Of a DNA stretch of 64,000 bases, positions 27,272-42,100 are shown piece after piece (position 1 is the stretch's first letter; each line of letters starts with the position of its first letter). The notes under the pieces are model-generated. The model ran no database searches, was not told the DNA's origin, and was given only the letters and a program-made list of their open reading frames with translations. Position numbers and translations under genes: made by a program. The stretch covers positions 107,074,001 through 107,138,000 of the forward strand of contig OX597821.1 of NCBI GenBank assembly GCA_951406725.2. Direction: 5' to 3'. The DNA comes from Octopus vulgaris. Taxonomy: Eukaryota.

Positions 27272-28219
27272 CGTTTTATTTAAACGAAGTCCAATCCACA
27301 TCATTCTGATCAAAAGCATCATGTACAACGAAGCCAGAAACGTAACGGAAAAGTAATCAGAGACTATTTTGTATGGATCATTGATAATTATATAAGTAGC
27401 AACACAACATACAGTAATACTAACGAGTACGATAAATCCTGAAGACAACTGGAATGATTCATTCAATAAATTCAGTATTTTACTCAGAGTATCATGTGAG
27501 TTACATATTTCTGGAATCTCTTTATATTTCTTAAAGAAATACGAAGTATTTGAATGCTTTTCTTTTACGTATTTCTCAGCCTCGCACGCTACTTTATTAA
27601 ACTCATACTGAAGTACAGTTCCAATTGCGACATTGATATACCAATCAGACATTAAGTACATTTGTGATATAAAATCAAATACAAACTGAGATAATGAAAT
27701 ACTTATGTCAAGAATGTTGCTGGTTTTGAAAAGAGGTGTTGAGGAATGCCAAACAGTGTTCATGAAAAACGGGAGAACGTGTTCCATGATATTGAATATA
27801 ATGGGCGGCAGCAATACAGCTATAGAAAGTGATGTAAAAGAAAATCTTAAGTTATTGTTATAGAATTTTTCATCGTCTTCTTCAGTTTTAAGTTCGGTAA
27901 ATGCTTTGAGTATTTCTTTGTCTTTAGATTTTCGGAAGAATTTGATCAGATAGTAGAGTGAGACCAAACACTGAAGAAATAATGCATACATATCTACAAA
28001 TATTCTATCAGTTTCGCGATGATACGATTCTATTGTATAATACATATATATAATGGGAATTGCAATCAGATATACAGAATACAGGATGTAAAAGGCAGAG
28101 ATACAGATATCTTTACATTTGAGAGATTTCCGTGATATGTTCATAAGTGATGTCTTAGAAATATTAATTTTCCCATAAAATTGTAGTAGTTTGTAGAATC
28201 GTGTTTCTTTTAGTTCCAT
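27272..28219 (-). CDS. Unit D: intact GRL-like chemoreceptor first coding exon (316 codons)
   Basis: ATG at 28219, open to WIGLRLNKT, then GTAAGT; 948 nt; close paralogue of unit C. Confidence 0.85.
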
Positions 28220-28510
28220 ACTTTTTGTAATAGAATATTTCTCCCAACTTTTATATAAAGAGTTAAACCCGTTCAACTAAAACATAGAAGCCTTATTTCT
28301 GTGTAAGATCTCTAGTCCTTCAATTTTGCTTCTCTAAGTTGAGAGTGTTGCAAATATTCGTGTGTCACGAAAGAACAGGAAATAAAGATATCGGATAAAG
28401 CTGTTACATAATGCGACCAGCTTTGTTTGTAGGTAGGGATTACTTCAAACCTGTTGCTATGGATTTAAAATACATGTCAAATTGAATATTGCTAGATAAG
28501 CTTCTTAAAA
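28220..28510 (-). promoter_or_regulatory. Unit D putative 5' UTR and promoter
   Basis: Aligns to the unit C upstream region. The TATA position reads TATGTAAC; GTTGCTATGGAT is at 28453. Confidence 0.55.
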
Positions 28511-28572
28511 CATAAATATTAGATGCTTTATATTAAATCAACACTTCTTAAAGCGTATAGGAAAATTAATAT

Positions 28573-28625
<53 letters not shown>

Positions 28626-29009
28626 GAATTTATGCGTCATGTTAATCTTGTCATTTGATTTTTGCAGGTACATTAATTACAATATCGATATCATATTCTT
28701 CTCCATTATTTTGCATTTTAAGAAGCGTTGGTTCTAAGTTGATGTGCACTGAGTATTTTTTTCATTTGCTCATTATATATAAGAAGATTTGTTTTATATA
28801 TAAGAAGATTACTCCTAAATATGAGATCTCTCATAATATATATATATACATATATATATTTATATACATATACATATATACATATGATGCGCAGACATTT
28901 TATCTCTACATATGTAGGTTTATAACTGTGTGTGTTAATGTTTGTATGTATGGGGTGGTGCTACAAATTTCGCCACTTTAAGGTTACCTATATACACACA
29001 CATATAAGC

Positions 29010-29057
<48 letters not shown>

Positions 29058-29311
29058 TTACGTGTGATATTACTCTGATGTACATTTTGATTTCCGCATG
29101 TATATTGATTACAATATCGATATTATATTCTTCTCCATTAAATTGCCTTGTATGAAGCGTTAGTTCCAAATACCTGTGCATTGAGCAGTTCTTTTATCGG
29201 CTACATATAAATTTTCTCTTATATAGTAGATTTCCAGTACTTATGCAATTTCTTTTAAATATATGTATTTGTGTATGTGTATGTCTGTGTATCTAAACAT
29301 GTGTGTATGAG

Positions 29312-29352
<41 letters not shown>

Positions 29353-29886
29353 AGAGGGGGTGATGGGAAAACAAGACGATGAAAATGGAGAATAAACACT
29401 TCTTTTGGATTAATGTAAGTTGAATAATAAATTTTACTTTTTATGGAATTATGGAATATTAGTGGTTTAAAAATTAAATGCTACGTAGACGTCCGACAAC
29501 TTTACAGTTATAATGTGGCATCTTTCTTAGCATTAAACAAAATGCTCTTAAATGTCCATCAATTTGATGATATGACTGACACATATATCTAGGTTCTATT
29601 TTCTTTTTTATTTAATTTTGTTTTTCTTTGACCTTTTAAATTCTAATCAATTTTAGTTGTTTTATATTTTTTTAAATGGCACCTTGTAGCATACAAATAG
29701 ATTTATAATTACATAATTGTAATCGCCATTTCCTCCTTTTTCTTCACGAATATTGATAATTTCAATAATCTTGAACATATATCAATGAGTTTCGCATTCT
29801 ATGGTACAGGTAAAACCAGTGGAATAACTTGGATTATATAATCCCTAATAAGGATATGACTTCCTTGATCTAACAAACTAACTATA

Positions 29887-29928
<42 letters not shown>

Positions 29929-29954
29929 TAGATATGTATGTGCGTGTGTGTGAG

Positions 29955-30745
29955 AGAGTACTCACAAATAACAATACGAAATCGTATATAGGTGCCACGA
30001 AAAATCAAATAATACTGAGATACTACTCACACTAATCTAGCCTAAGAAATAGTAGTGAAGCGAACTCTACAGGCCTTGTAGCTACATCTAGGAATTAGAG
30101 GATTAAACAATTAGTTATTGTTTAAAATTGCGCATCCTAGCAACCTACTCGTCTTATACCTCTACTAATAAGCGGTGCCATCTCTGTTTAACAGAGCGCC
30201 TGAGAATAGCTATGGTTAAACCGCCTCTACTGATATAATTCTTTTTAACCGAGAACCACCTAAGATATTTACAAGCAAACTTTCCCTTCCCAAGTTCTTT
30301 TTTATATGCACTTTTCATAAAATAGTATTACAGCGCTCGTTCCATATTTTACAAAATACATAACTTCCTGCAATAATACGAACCACCTACAACCTATATT
30401 TCAAGACACATAGGTCATTATAGTAGCATCGGTTTTCTCTAATTCGTGTTAGCTCCCTCACATTGCACCAGCGGTGAACACCCAGAGGTCACAGGTGCGT
30501 GCAAAATATGCCATTCAATAAACATGAGACCACAGGTAGCACTAACTTATATTCTTCATCCACCTCATAACGGACTTTCACTCTTCTCTCTGACTATGAT
30601 TTCTTCGTTCTGACGATGTCTACCATTACCAACGAGGCAAAAATATTGTATATATTTTCCTCAACATGGTAAACAGAAACAATCGTAAAAAAATTTCACT
30701 CTCACTCTCACCATTATTTACTAATTAAATAATGGCTAACACACT
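29955..30745 (+). mobile_element. Penelope-like 3' fragment: degenerate GIY-YIG endonuclease plus 3' UTR with hammerhead motif
   Basis: KSYIGATKNQIILRYYSH*SSLRN...KRCHLCLTERL; CTGACGA (30610)...GAAAC-AATC-GTA (30676-30687). Confidence 0.75.
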
Positions 30746-30787
30746 TCTGTTTGTTATTTTACCGCCAGTTTCTTCTCGCCTATATAA

Positions 30788-31565
30788 ACATGGTTCCGGG
30801 TTCAGTCCCACTGCGTAGCACCTTGACCAAGTGTCTTCAACTATAGCCTCCAGTCGTCCAAGGCCTTTTGAGTGGATTTGGAAGGCGAAAACTGAAAGAA
30901 GCCCGTCGTATATATGTATATGTATGTATATATATATATATGTGTGTGTGTGTGTATGTGTGTGTGTGTGCGTGTGTTTGTTATTTCTGTCTGTGTTTGT
31001 CCCTCTCCCATCGCCTAACAACCGATGTTGGTGTGTTTACGTCCCCGTCACAAACGTTACCGATAGAATAAGTACTAGGCTTAGAGAGAATAGGTTCTCT
31101 GCCCGGTTTATTCGACTAATGGAGGTGCTCCAGAATGCCCAATGTCAAAGGATTGAAACAAGTAAAAGAATATATATATATTTTTAAATACTTACATTAT
31201 TTCATTCATTTCTCTGCGGCCATGCTTCAGCGCCGCACTTCTTCGAACAAACGCACCCCAAGGGATTATTCTTTGTAAGTCTAGTACTTATTATATCGGG
31301 TTATTTTCCCGAATCGTTAATCTACGGGGATGTAAATACACCGACATTGGTTGGCAACCGCTGGTGAGGAGGACGAGGACAGACTCACGAATACACACAC
31401 ACACACATATATATATATATACATATTTTCGAAAACACACTGATAATATTTTGGTCAGCCCAAAACATTATGTAAAAGATACGTGCCCAAGTTGTCATAC
31501 GTCGGATATGAAACCGAGACCATGTGGTTAGGAAGCAAGTTTCTTACCAACTAGCCAGTCTTGTG
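30788..31565. mobile_element. SINE family 3 fragments, head to tail-inverted pair (30788-31170 on +, ~31200-31565 on -)
   Basis: CATGGTTCCGGGTTCAGTCCCACTGCG...GAAAGAAGCCCGTCG is shared with 44906-45319. Confidence 0.7.
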
Positions 31566-31617
31566 CATATATATATGAATATATATATATGTATATAGAA
31601 ATACATATATATATATA

Positions 31618-31980
31618 TATTATTAGTGAATTGAAGAAATGGAGTTGAACGAAGATTGAACAGAAATCGTTTTATTGCATTCTACTCGTGTTTCGAAAGG
31701 CACAATTTACCAAATTCCGATTGAATAAGGAGACCATATTGTGTCTTTCTCTTCAGGAAAAATAGGAAATCCGATGGAAATCCGTTGTTTTGCTCCGCCT
31801 CTGTTCTGTTTTTGTTTTTTCCAACGGATTTCCTATTTCTTCCTGAAGAGAAAGACACAATATGGTCTCCTTATTCAATCGGAATTTGGTAAACTGTGCC
31901 TTTCGAAACACGTGTAGAATGCAATAAACGATTTCTGTTCAATCTTCGTTCAACTCCATTTCTTCAATTCACTAATAATA
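31618..31980. repeat. Inverted repeat with ~160-bp arms, each carrying a minimal hammerhead (Penelope pLTR-like)
   Basis: 31618-31779 is the reverse complement of 31818-31980. Confidence 0.85.
31840..31919 (+). ncRNA. Minimal hammerhead ribozyme motif (mirror copy on - strand at ~31679-31758)
   Basis: TTC-CTGAAGA-GAAAGACACA...TGTGCCTTTC-GAAAC-ACGT-GTA-GAA. Confidence 0.75.
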
Positions 31981-32130
31981 TTAAAATTCAATTATCCGCA
32001 CCAACGCACGGTTGCAACACCATAGGGTTGTACCTCCAACCGTGCTGTCTTCTGCTGTGATTTTTGCTATCAAGGTATCGGTTAAACTTTTGATTAATCT
32101 GCAACAAGATTATTCATCTTTCTATTTCAG

Positions 32131-32901
<771 letters not shown>

Positions 32902-33200
32902 ATTTTTGTAATTAAATATTTCTCCCAATTTACTTCTATATAGAAAGATAAATATATTGACATGAAATAGAGAGGCCTTGTTTTTGTTTAATTACTCTAG
33001 TACTTCAATTTTCCTTCTATATTAAGTTTAGAGTGCTGCAAATCTCGTGTGTTACGAACGAACTGGAAATAAAGAAGAAATCTGATAAATCTGTTATATA
33101 ATATCTTCCGCTTTTTTGTATGTAGGGATTATTTCAAATCTGTTGCTATGGATTCAAAATATACTTCAAATTGAATATTGCTCGCTAAGCTTCTTAAAAC
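32902..33200 (-). promoter_or_regulatory. Unit E putative 5' UTR and promoter
   Basis: Same conserved blocks as units C and D; GTTGCTATGGATTC at 33142. Confidence 0.55.
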
Positions 33201-33483
33201 ATATAAATAGCCGCTAATTTATATTAAATCAACAATTTTCAAAGTGGATAGAAAGAAGTATATCAACAATATAAATTATGCGTAATATTACTCTACTGTT
33301 GATTTCTTTTTCTTGAGTGCATTGATTAGAATATCGATATTATGTTCTTCTCCATATATTAAGAAGCGTTGGATACAAATGGATGTGCATTTAGTATTCC
33401 TTTCATGTGCCACAGATAAGGAGATTTGTCTAATGTAGAAGATTTCTCTTAACAATGAGATTTATGTTATATATTTATATATG

Positions 33484-33536
<53 letters not shown>

Positions 33537-33575
33537 ATAAACATATGTGTAAATATATATATATGTGTGTGTGTG

Positions 33576-33674
<99 letters not shown>

Positions 33675-33693
33675 GGCTATGCATATATATATA

Positions 33694-33751
<58 letters not shown>

Positions 33752-33889
33752 AGTGTGTGCGTGTTAGTGTTTGTCTGTATGGAGTGGTGTGAAACCTTTC
33801 GTCGCTTGAAGGGTACACAAATATACGCTCATATATGTATATATAATATATATATATATATATGTGTGTGTGTATGTGTGTGTGTGTGA

Positions 33890-34145
33890 AGCGCAATGGC
33901 CCAGTGGTTAGGGCAGCGGACGCGCGGTCGTAGGATCGCAGTTTCGATTCCCAGACCGGGCGTTGTGAGTATTTATTGAGCGAAAAACACCTAAAAGCTC
34001 CACGAGGCTCTGGCAGGGGTGGTGATCCCGGCTGTACTCTTTCACCACTCTTTCTTCTGTTGGCCTGCACGAATAGCCAGCGGGGTGGCGTCATTCGAAG
34101 GCTAAAACAGTGCGTACGCCTTGTGACCATCGATGTGTAACTACA

Positions 34146-34150
<5 letters not shown>
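33890..34150 (+). mobile_element. tRNA-derived SINE, family 2
   Basis: GCGCAATGGCCCAGTGGTTAGGGCAGCGGAC...GTTTCGATTCCC (A/B-box tRNA-like head); copies at 39791 and 47740. Confidence 0.85.
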
Positions 34151-34193
<43 letters not shown>

Positions 34194-34406
34194 ATATTAC
34201 TCTGATGTTCATTTCATATTCGCAAGTACATTGATTAACATATCGAATTGTATGAAGTATTAGTTCAAAATGGATGGGTATTGAGTAGTTCTTTTATCCG
34301 TCAAATATAAGATTTCTCTTATATATGTGTTCGTGTAAGTGTATGTGTGTGTCTATCTGTACATATGTGTGTATGTGTCTGTATGTGTATATATATATAT
34401 ATATAC

Positions 34407-35860
34407 TTTCATTTCATTTCATCGAGTTTCAACTCACGAGCTGTGGCCATGCTGGGGCACCAGCATTCGGTGTTGCTACATGATCTTACTTCACGAAAGC
34501 TTTTTAGTAATTGACATTTGGTGCATGAGAGATGTTGATGCAGTTGCCCTCATCTGCACCTCCTACCGTAAAGTTGGTTCATCTGGGATACCTGACAGGA
34601 AGAGGTCCAGCTTTATTTTAAAGACATCTGCATGCACCCCATGCAGGTCTCTCAGGTCCTTCGAGAGGATATTGAAGAGCTTTGGACCTCTGAGCTGTGG
34701 ACCTCGCAGTATCTAGTCCTACATCTTGATAGCGAATTTGGAGTCCTTGGCACTATACAGTGGTGCCGTTCTAGTATTTGTGTAATTCTCGATGCCAAAG
34801 TTAAGGATAACTCCTTCCAGGATCTTCCAGATTTATATTATGGCATATCTTTCATGCCTACGCTCTAAAGAATAGAGTTTTTAATCTCTTGAATCTTTCC
34901 CAATAGCATATATGCTGCATAGAGGCTATCTTCTTCGTGCAGCTTCGTTGGATTGCCTCAGGTTCTGAGACTAATTTGACACTGGTTGGTGACCATAGCT
35001 GAGAGCAATAGTTAAAGTGGCTTAGGACAAGTGTCCACCAGAGGACCATCATGGTTTCCTGGTCTAGTGTTCTAAAAGCTCTAAGAATCCATCTGGACAT
35101 TGCCAATTTAGCATCATGCACATAAGGTTGCATCATTACACATGTAAATACCCAGGTCTCGCACTGATTGTGCCTCTGGGATTGCAATCCCTCCATGTCC
35201 AGTGTATTTATTGTTTATTGCATTTAGTTTTGCATGTTGATAGCATAACGCTTGAGACTTTTTAGCATTGAATTGCATGCTATTCTTTTCAGCCCACTTG
35301 TATATTTTGTCTAGCTCACATTGCAGATGCATAGTGTCTTCAGGGTTCTGTATTACCTGTGAAACGTTTGTATCATCTGCATAACCTGTGATCGTGGCTC
35401 TCTGTGTGGCTGAGGGTATGTCTGAGAGGGCCATTGTGAACAGTAGTGGTCCCAAAACAGTGTCCTGAGGAACACCGCTCACTATTTGCGTGTTATTGGA
35501 GGTGGCCCCATTGGCTACTACCACCTGCTGACTTCTATCCTTCAGAAAGTCATGACGCCATTCTCCCAATTTTCCAACTATGCCAAGATCACGCAGTTTG
35601 TGACATATTCCATGATCCACTTTATCACAGGCCTTTGCAAAGTCGAGATATATCACTTCCACCTTTGAGTGGTCGAGCAGTTGTTTCAGCACCCAGTCAT
35701 AGTTTTGTAGGAGCTGAGTTAGACAACTTCTTCCTGGTCGGAAACCATGTTGGGTGTCAGGCAGCAAGTCATTTTCTTCAAGGAAGGTGATTAGTTTCCT
35801 TGTGACTATTCGTTCCATGATCTTGCTGATGTGTGAGGTCAGGAGATAGGTCTGTAGTTC
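34407..35860 (-). mobile_element. 5'-truncated CR1-like LINE, same family as 22740-26703, opposite orientation
   Basis: RT fragment LTSHISKIMERIV...QHGFRPGRSC...YADD is nearly identical in protein to 24994-25902 and shares the same 3' tail. Confidence 0.92.
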
Positions 35861-36029
35861 TTGTTCAAAATTGCATAGACGGTCTTGAAACCACCTGATG
35901 AATGTCCATAGAAGTGACAAGAAACGATCGTAGTGGATATCTTAATTATATTTAATTTATATAAAAATTTTTATGTATTGGATTAAGTCTTTCTTTGTTT
36001 GATTTGCATAATAGTGGTTTTGTCTCTAA

Positions 36030-36086
<57 letters not shown>

Positions 36087-36656
36087 GAGATGGGTAAACG
36101 AGACGAGGAACATGGAGAATAAAGCATTCTTTAAGGTTCATGTAAGTCAAATAATAATTTTTTCTTTTAACGGAATTATAGAATATTGGTTGTTTTAAAC
36201 GTTAAAAGCTAAGTGGCCGACCTACCACCTACAGATAGAATATCGCAAATGTCTTCACATTAAACAAAATGCTTTAAAATTCCCATCAACTAGATGATAT
36301 GACTGAAACATATATGGAGGTTCTATTTTCTTTTTATTTGAATTTGTTTTTCTTTGAGCTTTTAAATCTAATCAATTTATTTGTAGTTTTATATTTTTTG
36401 AAATGTCATCTTTTCTGTAACATACAAATAGATTAATAATTACATCAATTAATCTCCATTTCCTTTTTTTCCTCTACAATATTGATAATTTCAATATAAT
36501 TGAACATATACCAATGACTTTCGCATTCTATGGTACAGATAAAAGTAGTTAAATAATTTGGAATATATGATCCCTAATAAGGATATGCCTTCGTGGAACT
36601 AAACATATATTTATACACAGGTACACACACGCACACACACTCATATATAAATATAA

Positions 36657-36700
<44 letters not shown>

Positions 36701-37292
36701 GCATAAAATATATACGATATCTAATATTTTTAGAAATTTCACTACCAGTGGCCTAGCATGTATAAAAAGTCAATAGAAAACATATTCTCAATATAAAATA
36801 GTGTACGTTTAAACACAAGAGACACTAACTTTAACAGGTAATTTTACACGCTTGAATAAAAAGTAAAACTTTTACCTTGTTATTTTTTACGGTTATACCT
36901 AGGTTTCAATTTTTTTTGTAGCAAAAATTTGCCAGGCGAAACTCTCATCAGTAACCACGCCGTAACATTAACGTATAATTTAAAGACAAGTAAAACATTT
37001 CTCATCATTATATGTTATAATTTTTCAAATTCACCGCGCAAGCGCAGTTTCAATCGGTAGTAGATGACAAATGCCGAACTGATCTTTGAAATGCTAAAAT
37101 CATATACGTAAAATATACAGGGTAGCGAATATTTTTAGAAATATTTTGGGCTGCTCCTTCTAGCGTGTAAAAATTACCTGTTAAATGTAGTTTCTCTTGT
37201 ATTTAAATGTACACTATTATATATATAGCGGTTCGGCAAAGGAGACCGATGAAATAAGTACTGGGCTTACAAAGAATATATATATATATACC

Positions 37293-37351
<59 letters not shown>

Positions 37352-37679
37352 GTATTTATGTATGTATGTATATATATAACGGGAAGCTTTATGAAAATAA
37401 ACAAAAGACGAAGGCATGTGGAAAACAAACGAACAATTGTATTAGTATGGCGCTCAGGAAATATAAATAAAACAAGTCTTTAACGTTTCGAGCCTACGCT
37501 CTTCAACAAAACAAGTCTTTATATGTATGTAAATATATATATGTATATATATATGTATATATATGTATATATATATATGTATATATATGTATGTATATAT
37601 ATGTATATAAATATGTATGTATATATATGTATATATATGTATGTATATATATATGTATATATATGTATGTATATATATG

Positions 37680-37749
<70 letters not shown>

Positions 37750-37914
37750 CGCAGAACCCGGTTTCAGACCCACTACGTGACACCTTGGTAAAGTGTGTTT
37801 CTAGTATAGCCCCCAATCGGCCAAAGCCGTATGCCGCCTTCTCATCAGGAAAGACTCCCTCTGGGCAGTCATCTAAGAGTTTTTGTTCATCTTGATGCTG
37901 ACATAAGTTCCTTG

Positions 37915-37998
37915 TCTTTCCTGATGAGAAGGCGGCATAATGTCCCCCTTATTCCTTCGAAATTAGGAATATGCAGCCATCGAAACATATGTCGAGAA
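37915..37998 (+). ncRNA. Minimal hammerhead ribozyme motif in a Penelope-like repeat
   Basis: TTTC-CTGATGA-GAAGGCGGCATA...TATGCAGCCATC-GAAAC-ATAT-GTC-GAGA; short inverted copy at 37830-37856. Confidence 0.7.
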
Positions 37999-38148
37999 TA
38001 AAGGAATTTTGTCAAATCGTCGTTCAACTCCATTCTTTCATTTATTTATATATATATGTGTGTGTGTATATATGTATATATATATATATATATACATATA
38101 TATATGTGTGTGTGTGTGTATGTATGTGTGTGTGTGTATATATGTGTA

Positions 38149-38199
<51 letters not shown>

Positions 38200-38834
38200 C
38201 TACATATATACTTGTTCGAGTGGTATGTTTATTGCGCGTGTCTTTGTATGTGTGTACGTGTGTGCGTGGCGTGTGTTGTATTTGTATATGCGAAGGGGTG
38301 CTAATATTATCTCCGTTTTAAGGGTATCGCGATAGGCCTTCTTGGATCACCGAAATTCCGAGTGTTTTTACAGGTCTTAGAGAAAATGAAGCACCGCTGC
38401 AATAGGCGCGTGAGTTGCAGCGTGATGGAGTTATGTTGGGGAAAACATAACCGACTGATCCCCTTGCATTTTCGTTTGCCGAAACCAGGAACATTTCCGA
38501 ACACACGCGTATATATATATATACATATATATATATTAATAAATAAAACATATGCATATATATATATGCATATATATGTACGTACCTACCTCTACATGTA
38601 TATATACACGCATATATGAGTACAGGACACCAAAAAAAACGTCTAACACAATGAGAAACGAGAACATAGACACAAAACCAAGGAATTGGACATTTTTCTT
38701 AAACAACAACAAAAGATAGAGTACATGACAAATAACACAAAGAAAAAACACCTTCTTCAGTCGCCATGGTTTCATCTACTCTACGTTTCTAAGGTGACGG
38801 AACGCACGCATCCCTTTCTAGGTAAGATTGTTCT

Positions 38835-38888
<54 letters not shown>

Positions 38889-38920
38889 GTATATATATAT
38901 ATATATATATATGCATATAC

Positions 38921-38957
<37 letters not shown>

Positions 38958-39013
38958 TATGTACTTATGTTTATGTATATATATATAAATATATATATAT
39001 ACATATATATACA

Positions 39014-39075
<62 letters not shown>

Positions 39076-39734
39076 GATGCGACGGTAACGGGACCAAATT
39101 GTAGGTTGTAAGAGCTCTGCAGTCTTGGTTGCCAAACTTAGTATGAATTGTGTCTCGATAAAAAGACTGGTTGGTGGCTAACATTAAAAGGCAATACTCA
39201 ATGTTAGGTGAATATGTCTAAAGGAATGTATCAAATAATCGTGTTAATTACGCTATAACCAAATGATAAAGCCTTTCGCCGACAGGTGCAATGTGGTTGA
39301 GCAGTGCACGCCCCGTTGTCATCCAGAAACTGCTTGTACGCAAAGCCAGACGAGGAGAAGAATCAGGAAATTAATATGTAGCTGAAAAGAATGGATAACA
39401 TGTCAGGGAACGTCGCAAGTAACAAGCACGCAACGCATGAAGAACTCCAGGAAGTCCGACAAAACCTGTGATAGAGTGATACAATGGCAATAAAAATGAT
39501 AATTCTAGGAAGGACTTTATGTGTATTGAATACAACGCATGCGCGTTTCCACAAACCACATGACTTTAATCAGAGAGAACATTATCGGTCATCTTATCTG
39601 TGATCATCCTTTTCATCAACATCTTTGATCAAATTCATCAGGGGATACTGCATCACTGGATAAATCACATAGCGATGCCTATCCATTTTACCCACGATGA
39701 CGACCAATGTAGCTGATATCTATTTTTGTGAATT

Positions 39735-39790
<56 letters not shown>

Positions 39791-39791
<1 letters not shown>

Positions 39792-40072
39792 AGGTGCAAT
39801 GGTGCACTGGTTAGGGCAGCGGACTCGCGGTCGTAGGATCGCGGTTTCGATTCTCAGACCGGGCGTTGTGCTTGTTTGTTGAGCGAAAACACTTAAAGAC
39901 TCCGGCAGTGGGTGATGGCGATCCCTGTTGCACTCTTTCATCACAACTTTCTCTCACTCTTTCTTCTGTCGGCCTGTTCGCGCCATTTGAAGGCTACAAC
40001 AATGCGAAGCGCATTGTGGCCAGCGATATGTAGCAACATCTGATAGCCTTGTCGGTCACGGTGATCACGGTG
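39791..40072 (+). mobile_element. tRNA-derived SINE, family 2
   Basis: Homologous to 33890-34150. Confidence 0.85.
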
Positions 40073-40095
40073 ATATATATATATATATATATATG

Positions 40096-42100
40096 AGAAT
40101 ATAGTACAATACAACCCACTGAAGACACTTAAAAACTTATCCTCCTTAGTTCAAATACATGGCAAGGCCCTCACTAAACAGGAATTAGACTATCTAATTT
40201 TAAATACAGACCTAGTCTATCCTACGGATTACCTAAAATACACAAAATCTACATATTTGTAAAGTTTGCAAAGTTTCTCCATGCCTGTTCCTACTCCTAC
40301 TGACTTCAAACTGAGACCCATCATTGCTGGACCTGCTTGCGAAACCCACCGTTTGAGAAACTTTGTCGACATCTTATTCAAACCGTTTCTAAAATATGGG
40401 GGATGATTTAGACATGTTGAACGACCACCTGAAGACAATAAATGAAGGAACCCTGTTAGTATCATTCGATGTGGTGAATTTCTACACCAATTTCCCACAT
40501 GATTATGGTATAGAAGCGATCACATTCTGGTTAGAAGAATATCCAGAAGTGATCCCAGGGCGCATTAGCCACAGATTCATAATCGAAGCATTCAAATTCA
40601 TCCTACTGAACAACTATTTCATGTTCGATACAGTTTACTATCGACAAAAATGTGGAATTGCAATGGGAACCCGAGCTGCTCCAGTGATTGCGAACCTTGT
40701 TATAGGTTACATAGAGCTTCAAATATATCAATCATCACTACAAAAATATGGCAACTCATTTCATTGCTATTTAAAGGAGAACTGGAAGAGGTATTTGGAC
40801 GATTGCTTTAAACTTTGGAAATACAGCATGGACAAACTCCTCGATATCAAAATAATGCTCAACAATATTAATAGCAACATACAATTCACCATGGAGCACA
40901 GCAGTAAACAACTTCCTTTTCTTGGCATCATGATTAAAATAGTCAATAACCACATCGAAACAGATATCTATAAACACAGCTTCTAAACAATACCTATTAT
41001 TCAACTCATGCCACCCCAAACACATAAAAATTAATATCCCTTATAATCTAGCGAAAAGAATCTATACCATAGCATCGGACACCTATACTCGTGAACGAAG
41101 ACTCCTTGAACTTAGATCAATACTAATCAAACGATATTACTCAATATCATTAATAAATGATGACATTAAACGAGCTAAGGAAATAGATTTACGAACATTA
41201 AGGGAAGTCAACCGAAATCCTAAACCAGACTTAAAATCCTCTCATACATCTCCACACATAACCAATAAACAACGAATCCTTGAACATTATCATCCAAAAT
41301 ATTCTCATCCGCACAGGAGATAAAACAATGAACAAAATTTTAGGCTCACACAAAATTGTCAAGAGCAGAATGCAACCTAAATCATTGAAAAAATATTAAC
41401 CAGCGCAAGATTTTATCCATTAACAACAGAACCAAAAGTGAAAAAGTGTGGTCGACCTAACTGTGGTACATGCCCCCAACTTTTGGTGGGTTCCGAATTC
41501 CACTTTAAACAAGGTGAAATATTTCAGATCAAGTCAAATTTCACATGTGTCTCGGAAAACATTATCTATGCCATTACATGCATTGGCTATGGTAATAATT
41601 ATATTGGCGAAACAGGAATATTACTCCGTTGAAGAACCACTCTCCAAATTCCCCACCTCCAATACAGAGAGATACAGGTCAGTGAACACATAGAAAGGTG
41701 AGCTAGGAATCTTAATCCTAATTTCCTAATCTTCCCCTTCTATCAATGTACACAGAACACCTCAGTACAACAACAAATGAATAAAGAGGAAACTTTCATC
41801 AATAAATATCTTCCACAACCCAATATGATCACATAACATAATACAGAACACTACTGACCTTTCAGTTAATACTACTGACCCCCATATATCCCATACACCA
41901 TTCACATTACAGATCTATATCTACCCTAATTGCACCAAATCCAGAACTAATTACCTCCCTTACACATAATCGTTTTACTCAGGGACTAGTAGACGTGACA
42001 TCGTTCATTAATCAGTGTGCATTCAAAGCAATGATTAGCAAATACACGAAACCGGTATGCTTTTGAATCTCTTTAACAATTCACAATAATGACTTTTATT
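40096..42100 (+). mobile_element. Degenerate Penelope-like retroelement (RT plus GIY-YIG; Neptune-type Cys motif)
   Basis: LRPIIAGP, LVSFDVVNFYTNFPH, GIAMGT..APVIANL, WKRYLDDCF, LPFLGI; then KCGRPNCGTC...NIIYAITC...YIGETG. Confidence 0.9.

Noticed and set aside
33890-33960. tRNA gene calls for SINE heads (also 39791, 47740, 55870-55946)
   Set aside because: Cloverleaf is imperfect and each continues into a shared SINE body, so these are tRNA-derived SINEs.
39363-39559. Minus-strand peptides (AHALYSIHI...GFVGLPG; LNLFITGFVEPPG...LLSILFSYIF at 56533-56790) loosely resembling a GRL C-terminus
   Set aside because: There is no AG acceptor before AH, the frame differs between the two copies, one copy has a ~60-nt deletion, and I did not see the block downstream of intact units B, C or D. 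It remains the first place to test if the shared-exon model is challenged.
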